Positions 15,201-23,778 of a stretch of DNA of 26,306 bases are shown here, one piece after another; position 1 is the stretch's first letter, and each line of letters starts with the position of its first letter. Below the pieces are notes generated by a model that saw nothing but the letters and a program-made list of their open reading frames with translations, was not told the origin of the DNA and did not search any database. A program made the translations under genes and the position numbers. The DNA is from Thermoplasmatota archaeon (GTDB lineage Archaea; Thermoplasmatota; Penumbrarchaeia; Penumbrarchaeales; Penumbrarchaeaceae): NCBI GenBank assembly GCA_029762535.1, contig JARVGK010000041.1, forward strand, positions 1-26,306, given 5' to 3'.

Positions 15201-16904
15201 AATACAAAGCTGACCAGGGATGAGAACTACGTTTATCCGTGCCGAGCCATAATATCGGGTGTGGAGCCGATGGAACAGGTAAAAGGCGTCAACATGAGGG
15301 ACAAGGATAACGACGGGGGCGGTGCGTTGGTTCTGACCTGGTATTCGCTGATAATTCAAGGCCGATTTTGGTCCTATAAGGTATATTTTTCGGATGAGCC
15401 CATCCTATCCGTATCAGCCGTCGATCCATTCCTTGTGATCGGGGACCACAGAACAGATGAGATCGAGATAAACATGTCAGGGGACCTCCCCCTAATTGAC
15501 GGAAAGGACTACTATGCGGTCGTCACGATAGTGGACTGGAACGATGTTGAGAACACCTTGATAGACAGGAATAACACGGGAGGTCCTACACAGCCCGTGA
15601 ATCAGTCCGACACTACCCCGCCTGTTGGGGTATCTGGAATAAGGCTTGACCCTGAGTGGGACCCCGAAAAGGTCGAAAAGAACAGGCTTAGGCTTTTATG
15701 GAACTCGATGCCCTTCGAGATCGTCCCCGATTTCAACCATTACATAATCACATACTGGAGTCCTCAGGATCCATCCACTCCAAGGGATGTCAAGATATTC
15801 GAAAGGGATATCAACAGCCTCATCATCGATGGGCTAAGAAGGGGAACGACATACTTCTTCAACGTCAGTATGGTGGATGACAATGGCAACCGAGGGACCG
15901 GTGGAATGCCGATAAACGGAACCACCGCTGGCGAGAATCTCCCCCCTCACACAATTACCATCTCCCTTACCATCGTGGATGATGAACAGGAGATAATCAT
16001 AGTCTACCTTAACGATACTGAGGAATACACGATCGATATCTCCAATATACTAAAGAACAGCGATATTTTCTTCGGCGCCGATGCACAGGACGATTATACC
16101 TCTCTAAACAGGATGCTCTGGCTATGGAATCTGACCACTCCGGATGGCACTTCGATCGAGAAGGATACGTCGAACTGGAAGATCGGAGATCTGAAGCCGG
16201 GAACTTATACCATCAAACTATCGGTTGGGGATGATGAAGGGGCCTGGTCCGATGAGATAGTTGTTCGACTGATCATTACACAGGAACCGGAAAGAGAACT
16301 TCCATGGTGGATATGGCTGATCGTGATACTTGTGGTCATAATCGTCAGTATAGTGATCATATTTGTCGTGATGAGGTCCAGCAAGACCTCGCAGGAGAAG
16401 GAGATCATGGAACAGTACAACAATCGCCTGAAGGAGATAGATTCCATGGAGCCCATATACGTGAACCTCCCCTCATGGACATGCTCCTGCGGAACGACCG
16501 CCGTCAACATCACAAAGTCCGCCACATGTCCGGCATGTTACGAATCGTTCGAAGGTGTGCCTATCGATGGTATCGATCAGTACCTGAAGGACCATGAGCT
16601 CGTCCTAAACGAGATGAGGATAGCCGTGCCTTTGGGTTGGCAGGGTCAGGAAAACGCCATAGGACAGGCTGAGAAGGACCTCGAGGAACGCAAGAAGAGG
16701 TCCAAGGAGGCACTGGACGAACAGTTCGCTCCCTATCTCAAGGTAATTGAGAAGAAGAAGGAGATCAAGAAGGAAGAAAAGGAAGAAGAGGAGCAGAAGC
16801 CACCTGAACAGCCCACGGTATCCACTCCCGGTGTCGTAGTTCCCGGGCAGATGCCCCCTCCTACGGAATCCGCTCCATCGATGGGGCAGCCACCGAAGAT
16901 GTGA
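12279..16904 (+). CDS. Large single-pass surface protein: signal peptide, seven FG-GAP repeats (integrin-alpha-type propeller), FN3/Ig/PKD-like stalk, TM helix, cytoplasmic Zn ribbon and Pro-rich tail
   Basis: Repeats such as FGWSISGLGDYDGDGNGDLIIGAPG and FGHVVANIGDINLDGRDDLGIGDP; FN3-like GLRRGTTYFFNVSMVDDNGN; TM PWWIWLIVILVVIIVSIVIIFVVM; CSC..CPAC. The true start may be 12300 or 12321. Confidence 0.9.
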   Translation: MKVEGLYMSSKGALMRRTLILSVVMLLCSVPLMATGSKEDLLVIDIHTGTSSNSKLGWNITNVGDLLGDGYDDYAIGAPGINKVYIWNDWIPAGFTTATGAQTSPDWIITGSSGSDFGWSISGLGDYDGDGNGDLIIGAPGENRAYIFKGRSASTALTHNDASISINGRAGEDFGQSVAGLEFEGPGYVFAAVGAPDNDHIVETSGNQNLSTGAIFVYNLTYLHSQGTTSLPWHHTMESNGFIIKGDGNNSRFGHVVANIGDINLDGRDDLGIGDPFQIESDATNNGAFFIQYGKSLQNQLPEFLAPTCDGVIYGRNNSYFGWSTARIFDVLGTSDDDLLIGAPLEGPGHAYIFMGSSVAFNVRMYRGDPADVEYVGINNHDRFGWSLCRADIISQFAQPQLFFGSPGYDNGTSSNSGAVFGFYGVTPATYLAQNSDTSYVGGSQGINLGYSVSEVKYESNQSRLASSAPYHGSNDVGRIYILERNKLPEIGTITVFPSSGNQDTVFDITVIYKDDDNDPASFVEVTIYNDSAGMNPILTLNLNKTEGDPESGEQYLVQTKLPNSIHPADRSARLYMDARAKAVRGSVSTVKSQSIRPGPIVDGIAPSAPENVYTSYGGLVESQREEGTFYVNWEWPDEDGGFPLPSNPGIGTVSSLLIKIQENDPITESNWDDAILYREIRSNIPDRPLARDSTVIGSLDPLTNPNGIRLERRNRTVQTPRLYHVAIRGVDDVGNMGQISESVSYEPWWKRPLVPNPLDEPTLSDHPGDDGGQLLVFWGGSTMLDTEYYWVFIDEEPFETIEISNGVYRTPDFNVTRDNDIFYDSYNFSKGLVIDTWSGGPIIDGRSYYAAVVPVNWLGQFDPLVVPSLPAKVINDNETAIATIKDLTWESTAGPAEISITLYWTPSKDPKFTSYKIYGQSYSFEDLDNAILIATITNRANSSYRVTRMAGDDLEQGKQYGFAILVEDYNDHINTKLTRDENYVYPCRAIISGVEPMEQVKGVNMRDKDNDGGGALVLTWYSLIIQGRFWSYKVYFSDEPILSVSAVDPFLVIGDHRTDEIEINMSGDLPLIDGKDYYAVVTIVDWNDVENTLIDRNNTGGPTQPVNQSDTTPPVGVSGIRLDPEWDPEKVEKNRLRLLWNSMPFEIVPDFNHYIITYWSPQDPSTPRDVKIFERDINSLIIDGLRRGTTYFFNVSMVDDNGNRGTGGMPINGTTAGENLPPHTITISLTIVDDEQEIIIVYLNDTEEYTIDISNILKNSDIFFGADAQDDYTSLNRMLWLWNLTTPDGTSIEKDTSNWKIGDLKPGTYTIKLSVGDDEGAWSDEIVVRLIITQEPERELPWWIWLIVILVVIIVSIVIIFVVMRSSKTSQEKEIMEQYNNRLKEIDSMEPIYVNLPSWTCSCGTTAVNITKSATCPACYESFEGVPIDGIDQYLKDHELVLNEMRIAVPLGWQGQENAIGQAEKDLEERKKRSKEALDEQFAPYLKVIEKKKEIKKEEKEEEEQKPPEQPTVSTPGVVVPGQMPPPTESAPSMGQPPKM

Positions 16905-17028
16905 TATGATAATTTATTAGCCCGATATGGGATTTTATTATCCCTTTCCGTCAATCGAACGTATGGCGGGTCAGACCATTATATATACGGATCGATACAT
17001 GACCAGAAAAACAGATACGTGATCTCAA

Positions 17029-18141
17029 ATGGCGACCATAGAGGATCAGATAAAGGAGATCGAGGAGGAGATCTTCAATACTCAGAAGAACAAGGCGACG
17101 GAACATCACATAGGCAAGCTCAAGGCCAAGCTCGCAAAGCTCAAGGCTCAATTGGAACTTCATCGGATCAAGAGCAGTGGTGGAGGAAAGGGCGGTTACT
17201 ATGTTAAGAAATCGGGGGATGCGACCGTCGCCCTTGTCGGGTTCCCTTCTGTAGGAAAATCGAGCCTTCTTAATGCAATAACAGGAGCATCTTCCGAGGT
17301 CGCCTCATATCAGTTCACCACCCTTGAGGTTATACCAGGCGTGATGGAATACAAAGGAGCTAAGATCCAGATACTCGACATGCCGGGTTTGATCAAAGGA
17401 GCGTCAAAAGGCAAGGGACGTGGGAGGGAGGTCATAACAGCCGCAAGGGCCGCCGATCTTATACTGATCATCGGAGATATCTTCAACTTCAATCTGGAAG
17501 TGATAGAGAGGGAGCTAAACAATGCCGCGATCAGGATGGATTCCCGACCTCCGAATATCACGGTATCCATTCAGGATAGGGGCGGGATCTTGGTCAGAAA
17601 GACCCTGACGTTAACAAAGATGACGGATGACGAGGTCTCTGAGATCATCAGGGCATATGGAATAGTCAATGCCGTCGTGGTGGTAAGGGAGGACATAGTC
17701 CCGGACAGGCTTGTGGATTATCTGGCTGATAACCGGGTGTACATCCCTTCTATTCTTGTGATCAATAAGATCGATCTTCTCTATGACGTTCCTGAGGAGA
17801 GGTTGAGGGATCAAGTCGGCCGGGATTATCACTCATTGTCGGTGGTCAAGAACAGAGGTGTCGATGAGCTCAAGGAGCTTATCTATCAGAAATTGGGATT
17901 TATAAGGATATTCATGAGGCCGCAAGGAGGAAAAGCGGACATGGAGGAGCCCCTTGTCATCCTAGAGGATTCCACGGTCGAAACCGTATGCGAACACCTA
18001 CACAGGGATTTCGTTGACAGGTTCAGGTTCGCATATGTCTGGGGAAAGAGCGCCAAGTATCCGGGTCAGTCGGTGGGGTTGAAACATCAACTACAGGATG
18101 AGGACATACTGACAATAATAATCAGGAAGAAATCCGAATGA
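17029..18141 (+). CDS. DRG/Rbg-family (OBG class) ribosome-interacting GTPase with TGS domain
   Basis: QKNKATEHHIGKLKAKLAKL, GFPSVGKS, YQFTT, DMPG, NKID, VWGKSAKYPGQSVGLKHQLQDEDILTI. Confidence 0.96.
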   Translation: MATIEDQIKEIEEEIFNTQKNKATEHHIGKLKAKLAKLKAQLELHRIKSSGGGKGGYYVKKSGDATVALVGFPSVGKSSLLNAITGASSEVASYQFTTLEVIPGVMEYKGAKIQILDMPGLIKGASKGKGRGREVITAARAADLILIIGDIFNFNLEVIERELNNAAIRMDSRPPNITVSIQDRGGILVRKTLTLTKMTDDEVSEIIRAYGIVNAVVVVREDIVPDRLVDYLADNRVYIPSILVINKIDLLYDVPEERLRDQVGRDYHSLSVVKNRGVDELKELIYQKLGFIRIFMRPQGGKADMEEPLVILEDSTVETVCEHLHRDFVDRFRFAYVWGKSAKYPGQSVGLKHQLQDEDILTIIIRKKSE

Positions 18142-18163
18142 ACCCTTGATATCCTGATAAGGC

Positions 18164-18778
18164 TCACTCGTAATAAACGTATACCTTCTCCATGATTATT
18201 GTGTTTATGGGTTTATCGTTGGAATCGACCTGCGTTCTAGCTATCGCATCGACGATGTCCATACCTTCTACGACGTAACCGAAGACTGTATGCTCCCCAT
18301 CGAGATGATGGGCGCCACTCTCTCCCTGGACGATGAAGAACTGGGATCCGGACATCCTCTCGTCCCCGCTCCTTTTCGCCATGGAGATAGCTCCCTTGTC
18401 ATGCTTCAGTCCGTTGTTGGTCTCAGGTGGTATGGTGTATCCAGGGCCTCCGCTCCCGTCGCCACTTGGATCCCCGCCCTGTATCATGAAATCTTGTATG
18501 ACCCTGTGGAAGATCAATCCGTCATAGAAACCCTTGTTGGCAAGGTTCTTGAAATTGTCAACGGTCTGCGGTGCCTTACTCTCTTCGAGCTTGATGACGA
18601 TATCGCCATAGTTCCTCACTTGAATAACCGCGTAAGGCTCTCCATAGGTGATGATCTCCTCGTCCAGGAATACACCGTTGTCGGGGGGTAGGTCATCTTT
18701 GGTGAACAGGGTGAAGTTCAGGACCGCTCCCGCTATTATTATCAAAGCGCCAAGGAGAAGAATGAAGAACGGTGTCAT
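18164..18778 (-). CDS. Membrane-anchored cyclophilin-type peptidyl-prolyl isomerase
   Basis: N-terminal TM ([17 protein letters not shown]); [45 protein letters not shown]. Start 18778, or 18811 overlapping the FKBP stop. Confidence 0.94.
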   Translation of the reverse strand: MTPFFILLLGALIIIAGAVLNFTLFTKDDLPPDNGVFLDEEIITYGEPYAVIQVRNYGDIVIKLEESKAPQTVDNFKNLANKGFYDGLIFHRVIQDFMIQGGDPSGDGSGGPGYTIPPETNNGLKHDKGAISMAKRSGDERMSGSQFFIVQGESGAHHLDGEHTVFGYVVEGMDIVDAIARTQVDSNDKPINTIIMEKVYVYYE

Positions 18779-18807
18779 GTTGCTCGCGCCGTATACATTC
18801 GATGCCC

Positions 18808-19713
18808 TCATTCGCTGTCCCTCCTGATGTCATTGACGGTTATGGTGAAGATCAACGTCTTTCCGGACACTTCTCTGTTGAAATCGAGGACGATCACACC
18901 TCCGGATGCTGTCACGAAACCCCGGTTCTCCTTCGTGACCTCTGGAGCGTTCGCCTTCTGGAACCATTCGTTATCGAACCCGGACAGGGCCATTATGTCA
19001 ATTCTTGTGCCCTTGGTTATCTCATCCACATGATGATGGAGCGTGATCGTGTTCTTCTGGGTCGATATGTCGACCACGGTCGAGTTCCACGGGAAGATCT
19101 GGACCTTTTGCTGGTATACTGGAAGATGCCTTATGGTAATGGTGGTCTCGTCATACGAGACGATATCACATCCCCATTTCCAAACGGGATTGTCGAACCT
19201 GGTATCGTTCCTGTAATCCACGACAGGGAATATGTTCTTGAAATAGTCAAGAGGCAGAACCTGTACAAGATCTATGGTCATGGTGCTGTTGAGATAGTAT
19301 ATCAGGTCGGGATCCGAGGTTCCATATCCTTGTTCAGGAGGGACAGTTATGGTGTATGTCTGACCAACTTTCTTCCCCAGAATGGACCTGTCGAAACCTT
19401 TGATCATCTGATCTGAACCGACCTTGAAGGTGAGATCATCGTAGACAGGTCTTGCCATGAATCCGGCCGATTTTGGCATGGAATCGTTCCTGGCCACCGC
19501 CCCGATCGACGTATCGAAAACGAGTCCGTTGGTAAAATAACCGGTATAATCCACGGAGACCTCGTCGCCCTCCTGGGCCAGAAGTATGCCCTCTTTCTTA
19601 TCTACGCCCCTCTTCTGAACGATCTCCTCGTCGTATATAGTGTAGCCGACCAGACCCAGTAGTAGGACTATTCCCGCAACGATGGTCAGTATGCACAGCT
19701 GCTCGTCGTCCAT
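18808..19713 (-). CDS. Membrane-anchored FKBP-type (SlyD-like) peptidyl-prolyl isomerase with enlarged insert-in-flap region
   Basis: N-terminal TM; [38 protein letters not shown], long insert, [18 protein letters not shown]. Confidence 0.9.
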   Translation of the reverse strand: MDDEQLCILTIVAGIVLLLGLVGYTIYDEEIVQKRGVDKKEGILLAQEGDEVSVDYTGYFTNGLVFDTSIGAVARNDSMPKSAGFMARPVYDDLTFKVGSDQMIKGFDRSILGKKVGQTYTITVPPEQGYGTSDPDLIYYLNSTMTIDLVQVLPLDYFKNIFPVVDYRNDTRFDNPVWKWGCDIVSYDETTITIRHLPVYQQKVQIFPWNSTVVDISTQKNTITLHHHVDEITKGTRIDIMALSGFDNEWFQKANAPEVTKENRGFVTASGGVIVLDFNREVSGKTLIFTITVNDIRRDSE

Positions 19714-19728
19714 ATTCGATACCTCTTT

Positions 19729-20184
19729 TTACGGATACAGCCATCCTTCATCGCATCTTGCGAAGTCGATGACCTCGTTTTTCTCGAAGAAAAGGGATAT
19801 CTCCCTTTTAGCACTTGCCGTGGAATCCGAACCGTGGACCACATTACGCGCCATGTCGATCCCCAGGTCCGCCCTTATCGTTCCGGGATCGGCTTTCTTG
19901 GGGTCCGTTGACCCCATCAACCTTCTGATACCCTCGATAACGCCATCACCCTCGAGGACAATGGCTATCACGGGACCCGAAGTTACGAAGGAGACAAGGG
20001 ATCCGAAGAAGGGCTTGGAACTATGCTCCACATAATGTTCGGAGGCGAGATCATGGTCGATCCTCAGCATCTTCATGGCGCATATCTTGTATCCCTTGCG
20101 GAGGACTCGGCATATAATTTCCCCGGCAAGGTTCCTTTGGACCGCGTCGGGTTTGATCATGAAGAAGGTCCTCTCTTGGGCCAC
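19729..20184 (-). CDS. ndk: Nucleoside diphosphate kinase
   Basis: ERTFFMIKPDAVQR, PGTIRAD, NVVHGSDS; GTG start. Confidence 0.97.
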   Translation of the reverse strand: MAQERTFFMIKPDAVQRNLAGEIICRVLRKGYKICAMKMLRIDHDLASEHYVEHSSKPFFGSLVSFVTSGPVIAIVLEGDGVIEGIRRLMGSTDPKKADPGTIRADLGIDMARNVVHGSDSTASAKREISLFFEKNEVIDFARCDEGWLYP

Positions 20185-20190
20185 TGGTCA

Positions 20191-20373
20191 TCACTCCTTG
20201 ATATGAAGCTTTGACCATCTGGTCTTCCTGGGGACCCTGCCAAGGTCCACCTGGTTCTTGTAGCATTTTGTCGAGCAGAAGAAGAATATCTTCGCATCCT
20301 TTCTCACATACATCCTGCCCGTTCCAGGCTCTATCTTGTTACCGCAGAAATTGCACGTTCTGGCCTCTACCAT
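20191..20373 (-). CDS. rpl24e: 50S ribosomal protein L24e
   Basis: [33 protein letters not shown]; start MVEART after GAGGTGA SD. Confidence 0.96.
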   Translation of the reverse strand: MVEARTCNFCGNKIEPGTGRMYVRKDAKIFFFCSTKCYKNQVDLGRVPRKTRWSKLHIKE

Positions 20374-20378
20374 TTTCG

Positions 20379-20588
20379 TCACCTCACGCTCAATTTCCTG
20401 GCCTCGCGCGCGGATTCTCTCAACATTAATATATCGCCGACCCTGACGGGTCCCATGGAGTTGCGCGCGATTATCCTGCCCTTGTCCTTGCCGTCAAGGA
20501 TACGCACCTTGACCTGGGTGGCCTCTCCGGCCATGCCAGTGCGGCCAATGATCTCTACCACCTCCGCAGGTATACCATCTATAGGCAT
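20379..20588 (-). CDS. rps28e: 30S ribosomal protein S28e
   Basis: [45 protein letters not shown]. Confidence 0.97.
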   Translation of the reverse strand: MPIDGIPAEVVEIIGRTGMAGEATQVKVRILDGKDKGRIIARNSMGPVRVGDILMLRESAREARKLSVR

Positions 20589-20601
20589 GGTCTAACCTCC
20601 T

Positions 20602-20979
20602 TCACTCCTTCTTGTTCAATTCAAGGAGCTTCTTGGACAGAGTTTCCACAAGCACCTTTCCCTTACCCGGCTGGGTTATGGCCACTGCGGTGGTTGGGAT
20701 CTTCAGCGATGCCGTGTTCCCGAGCTCATGCCTGGATGGAACATATGCCAGGGGGACGGACTTTTCCGAGCAAAGATAAGGTATGTGCATGAGTATCTCG
20801 GGAGGGGTCACGTCCTCCGCGAGAACGACCATCTTGGCCTTGCCTCGCTCTATGGTCTTGGTCACCTCATTTGCTCCTTTTCTGAGCTTACCCGTATCCC
20901 TGGCCATCTCTATGGCCTCGTATACCGACTCTACTATGTCCTTGGGCATTTCGAACTTCACATAAGACGCCTTTGCCAT
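20602..20979 (-). CDS. rpl7ae: 50S ribosomal protein L7Ae (k-turn binding)
   Basis: YVKFE.P, ARDTGKLRKGANEVTKTIERG, LAEDVTPPEI; SD GGAGGT. Confidence 0.97.
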   Translation of the reverse strand: MAKASYVKFEMPKDIVESVYEAIEMARDTGKLRKGANEVTKTIERGKAKMVVLAEDVTPPEILMHIPYLCSEKSVPLAYVPSRHELGNTASLKIPTTAVAITQPGKGKVLVETLSKKLLELNKKE

Positions 20980-21015
20980 TTTTATACCTCCTTCGGGTCC
21001 TGATATATATCCGAA

Positions 21016-21044
21016 CCTTCATCATTCACAGGTCTGATGAAAGG
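21016..21044 (-). promoter_or_regulatory. Kink-turn/K-loop in the rpl7ae 5' UTR (probable L7Ae autoregulatory site)
   Basis: Transcript reads CUUUCA-UCA-GA-CCUGUGAAU-GA-UGAAGG: C-stem, 3-nt bulge and tandem G.A/A.G; TATA TTTATAAG at 21065-21072 upstream. Confidence 0.75.
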
Positions 21045-21202
21045 CATGCGCTGAATATGGTTCCCTTATAAATACGTTTGGGATTACATAACCCTGTCCT
21101 ATCGAGCTCTGGCCACATTCTTTTATTATCCCGGCATGATGTTGTATGGAAATATTATTTAAACATATTAGACTCTCAGCAGATGAAAGAAAGGTGACTC
21201 CC

Positions 21203-21784
21203 ATGGGAGATGAGGAAGACCTGATGGAAAGGGAGAGGGCCCTGAACAGGGATCGCTTGGAGCAGGCCAAATGGTATGAATCCCTTAACCTCTACGCGGA
21301 GGCCATGAGGATCTATCGATCACTTGAGGATGATGAGAACCTATCGAGGCTCAGATCGAAGATCGCCGACCAGTACTCGATGAAGGCAAAGGACATGGAG
21401 AACGTAGGCAGATGGCAGGACGCGGCCAACCTATACTATCTCATAGGAGACTCGGTATCGGTCGATAGGATGAGGAGCAAGGACCCGGACCTAGTAATTC
21501 TCTACGATGACAAGGCAGGAGGATTGTCCCAATTGGGGTTCGGAATGGATATGGACCAGGACGATATAGTGGGAGAAAGGTTCTTTAAAAGACCTAACGA
21601 GGATGAGCCACAGGGGTCCGAACCTGAGATTACGAAACGATCGGCCCCCTCTCCTGTCTCAAAGACTGGCCTACCGGTCAGAATGCCCGCCAAAAGGACT
21701 ATCGTATTCTGCCCATACTGCGGGGAGAGGATCCAGACAAAGAAGGAACCAAAGTTTTGTCCCTCCTGCGGGGAGGAACTATAA
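21203..21784 (+). CDS. Hypothetical protein with two short TPR-like helical repeats and a C-terminal Zn ribbon
   Basis: AKWYESLNLYAEAMRIY and AKDMENVGRWQDAANLY; FCPYCG..KFCPSCGEEL; start MGDEE after AGGTGA SD. Confidence 0.75.
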   Translation: MGDEEDLMERERALNRDRLEQAKWYESLNLYAEAMRIYRSLEDDENLSRLRSKIADQYSMKAKDMENVGRWQDAANLYYLIGDSVSVDRMRSKDPDLVILYDDKAGGLSQLGFGMDMDQDDIVGERFFKRPNEDEPQGSEPEITKRSAPSPVSKTGLPVRMPAKRTIVFCPYCGERIQTKKEPKFCPSCGEEL

Positions 21785-21801
21785 AGATTTGAAAACGGCT
21801 C

Positions 21802-22761
21802 CTATCTTATCGCGCTCTTGGAGATCTGACCCTTTCTGTAGGTCTCCAGGAGCTGCCTGAGAACATGGGTATGGGAGAAGCTGCCATAAGAGAAGATGAT
21901 CAATATCGTGGCCGCACCCGATAGCAGCGAACCCATGAAGAAACCGAAGGAGAACACGGAGAGGAACGCAGATACTATTGCGAGGATGAAGAACTCTCCT
22001 CTGTATGTGTAATATGCCCCGACGAACGCCAATACCGATGATAGGAACATGACCATCGCCATTATGTCTGTCAATAATGAGGAATACCTGCGGCTGACGA
22101 ACTGTGGGGTCAGTATCGGCATCACATCCGAGGTCGAACCCTCCTCCATGGGTATGTCAAGGACATTTGGTATGCCCTTCTTGAGCACGATCGTGGATTC
22201 GATCTCTCTGTAACCTTCCTTCTTGAGGGTTATATCGGCGCTTCCCGGTGGAACGTTCTTGAGAACGGCAAGACCCGAACTGTCGGTCATTTCGGTATAA
22301 TTGGCATCAAGATACGTTAATGTGACTTGTACATCCTGTATGGGCCTTCCGGTCATCGAATCGATCACTGTGACGGACAGGCTCGCGTATTCGGCCCTTG
22401 TCTGCTCTTCAATGTCCCTGATGGAGAAGGATCCCATTACCGTTGATACGCTGGATAGTATTCCCAGGACCCCGGCGATGAATAGTATGAGAGCCGCGAT
22501 CTTCAGCGTTCTCTTCTTTGCCCTCTTCACCTTTTGTATGTTTTGATTGGGCCTTGTTGCCTGGAGGTTGGATGTGGTAATCCTCAGCCTGTTCTTCATC
22601 GCATCGATGACGTTGACATCGAGATCGCGACCGCATGAATGACAGGTGGAATTGAATGAGCCTCTGTTCTGGCCTTTGGGCGGTCTAAGCTTCAGGACAG
22701 TGCCGCATGATGGGCATTTCGTCTCGAGCAGATGTTGGTCCTCGAAGGATTGCTGGGGCAC
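21802..22761 (-). CDS. Membrane protein: N-terminal Zn ribbon, TM helix, carboxypeptidase-regulatory-like beta-sandwich, C-terminal TM helices
   Basis: CPSCG..CHSCG; VIDSMTGRPIQDVQVTL..TDSSGLAVLKNVPPG..KKEGY; hydrophobic C-terminal helices; GTG start. Confidence 0.8.
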   Translation of the reverse strand: MPQQSFEDQHLLETKCPSCGTVLKLRPPKGQNRGSFNSTCHSCGRDLDVNVIDAMKNRLRITTSNLQATRPNQNIQKVKRAKKRTLKIAALILFIAGVLGILSSVSTVMGSFSIRDIEEQTRAEYASLSVTVIDSMTGRPIQDVQVTLTYLDANYTEMTDSSGLAVLKNVPPGSADITLKKEGYREIESTIVLKKGIPNVLDIPMEEGSTSDVMPILTPQFVSRRYSSLLTDIMAMVMFLSSVLAFVGAYYTYRGEFFILAIVSAFLSVFSFGFFMGSLLSGAATILIIFSYGSFSHTHVLRQLLETYRKGQISKSAIR

Positions 22762-22826
22762 GGGTTTGAGAGATGGGATATGAGATATAATCCTTCCGAT
22801 ATGCGGGCCGGGGTTTAAGTAGTGAG

Positions 22827-23549
22827 ATGACCTTGCAAAGGAAGATGTATGTTACGGAGGGCAGAAAAGGAACGGGCCAGATGCTGAGTTACCCTCAGAC
22901 CTTGGGTTCATATTTGTTCAGGAGAGGTCTGCATCTTGCCAATGTCCTTTTTTTCGTATACTACATAATACCTGATCAAGTGGTCTTTCTACCAAAAAGA
23001 GTCGGTGTGATCGTACTTTTCATGATCATACCTCTCGTGGTCGAGATGGTCAGGACCAGGAAAGGGATCGTCCTTCTTGGGCAGAGACTTCATGAGGACC
23101 GTATGCCAGGATCCTATGCATGGTCCCTTTGGTCGACGACCCTGATAATTCTCTTGCTCCCGCAGCAGATCGCCCTGCCGGTGATAATGATTTATGCCAT
23201 AGGCGATCCCATCATTGGAGAGATAAGGCTTTGGAGGAAGAATCTGGCGCTGCCTTTGGGGTTCATTATCATTTTTCTGCTGTTCCTTCCATTCGGATAC
23301 GGGATAATACCCGGCACCGTCGGGTCGCTATTCATGGTGATCGGAGAGAGCATAGAACTTCTGGGAGAATTCAGGGTCCGACCGGAGCTTCTTCGTTTCT
23401 ATGGGAAGGGAGAAAGCTTCCTGAACAGGATATATTTCAAGACCGACGATGATGCGACCACGCAGCTTATCCCGGCCCTTGCCCTGGGATTGCTTTATGT
23501 TCTATGGCCGGGGTTCTTCCCGGAACCTCTGTTCTGGCCACTATTCTGA
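22827..23549 (+). CDS. Polytopic membrane protein, dolichol/phytol kinase-like (CTP-dependent) family
   Basis: RRGLHL, RLHE..PGSYAW, AIGDPIIGE, ESI..TDDDATT; multiple TM helices. The start may be 22881. Confidence 0.7.
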   Translation: MTLQRKMYVTEGRKGTGQMLSYPQTLGSYLFRRGLHLANVLFFVYYIIPDQVVFLPKRVGVIVLFMIIPLVVEMVRTRKGIVLLGQRLHEDRMPGSYAWSLWSTTLIILLLPQQIALPVIMIYAIGDPIIGEIRLWRKNLALPLGFIIIFLLFLPFGYGIIPGTVGSLFMVIGESIELLGEFRVRPELLRFYGKGESFLNRIYFKTDDDATTQLIPALALGLLYVLWPGFFPEPLFWPLF

Positions 23550-23592
23550 GGGCAAGGATAATAAACCCCTCCTTATTTCACGGGACATCGTT

Positions 23593-23664
23593 GCAGGCGT
23601 GGTCTAGGGGCTATGACTGAGGCCTTCCAAGCCTCTAACCCGGGTTCGAATCCCGGCGCCTGCA
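23593..23664 (+). tRNA. tRNA-Gly (anticodon TCC)
   Basis: GCAGGCG/CGCCTGC acceptor, GAGGC-CTTCCAA-GCCTC anticodon arm, CCGGG-TTCGAAT-CCCGG T arm, discriminator A; 72 nt. Confidence 0.97.
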
Positions 23665-23666
23665 CC

Positions 23667-23709
23667 TTTTTATATGGCTTTTTCGTTCACATCCACTTTT
23701 TCATTTTGT
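23667..23709 (+). terminator. Oligo-T archaeal terminator tract after tRNA-Gly
   Basis: Several T4-T5 runs directly downstream of the tRNA. Confidence 0.5.
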
Positions 23710-23778
23710 AATTTCATATTACTCGTACAGTTAATCAAGTAGATGCCTAAAACTCATGGTTCATGAGGTTCATCTGGT

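Noticed and set aside
18772-19416. 214-aa antisense ORF and other long shadow ORFs opposite nrdJ, trm1, tatD and the dual-REC gene
   Set aside because: Opposite well-supported genes, with no motifs or translation signals.
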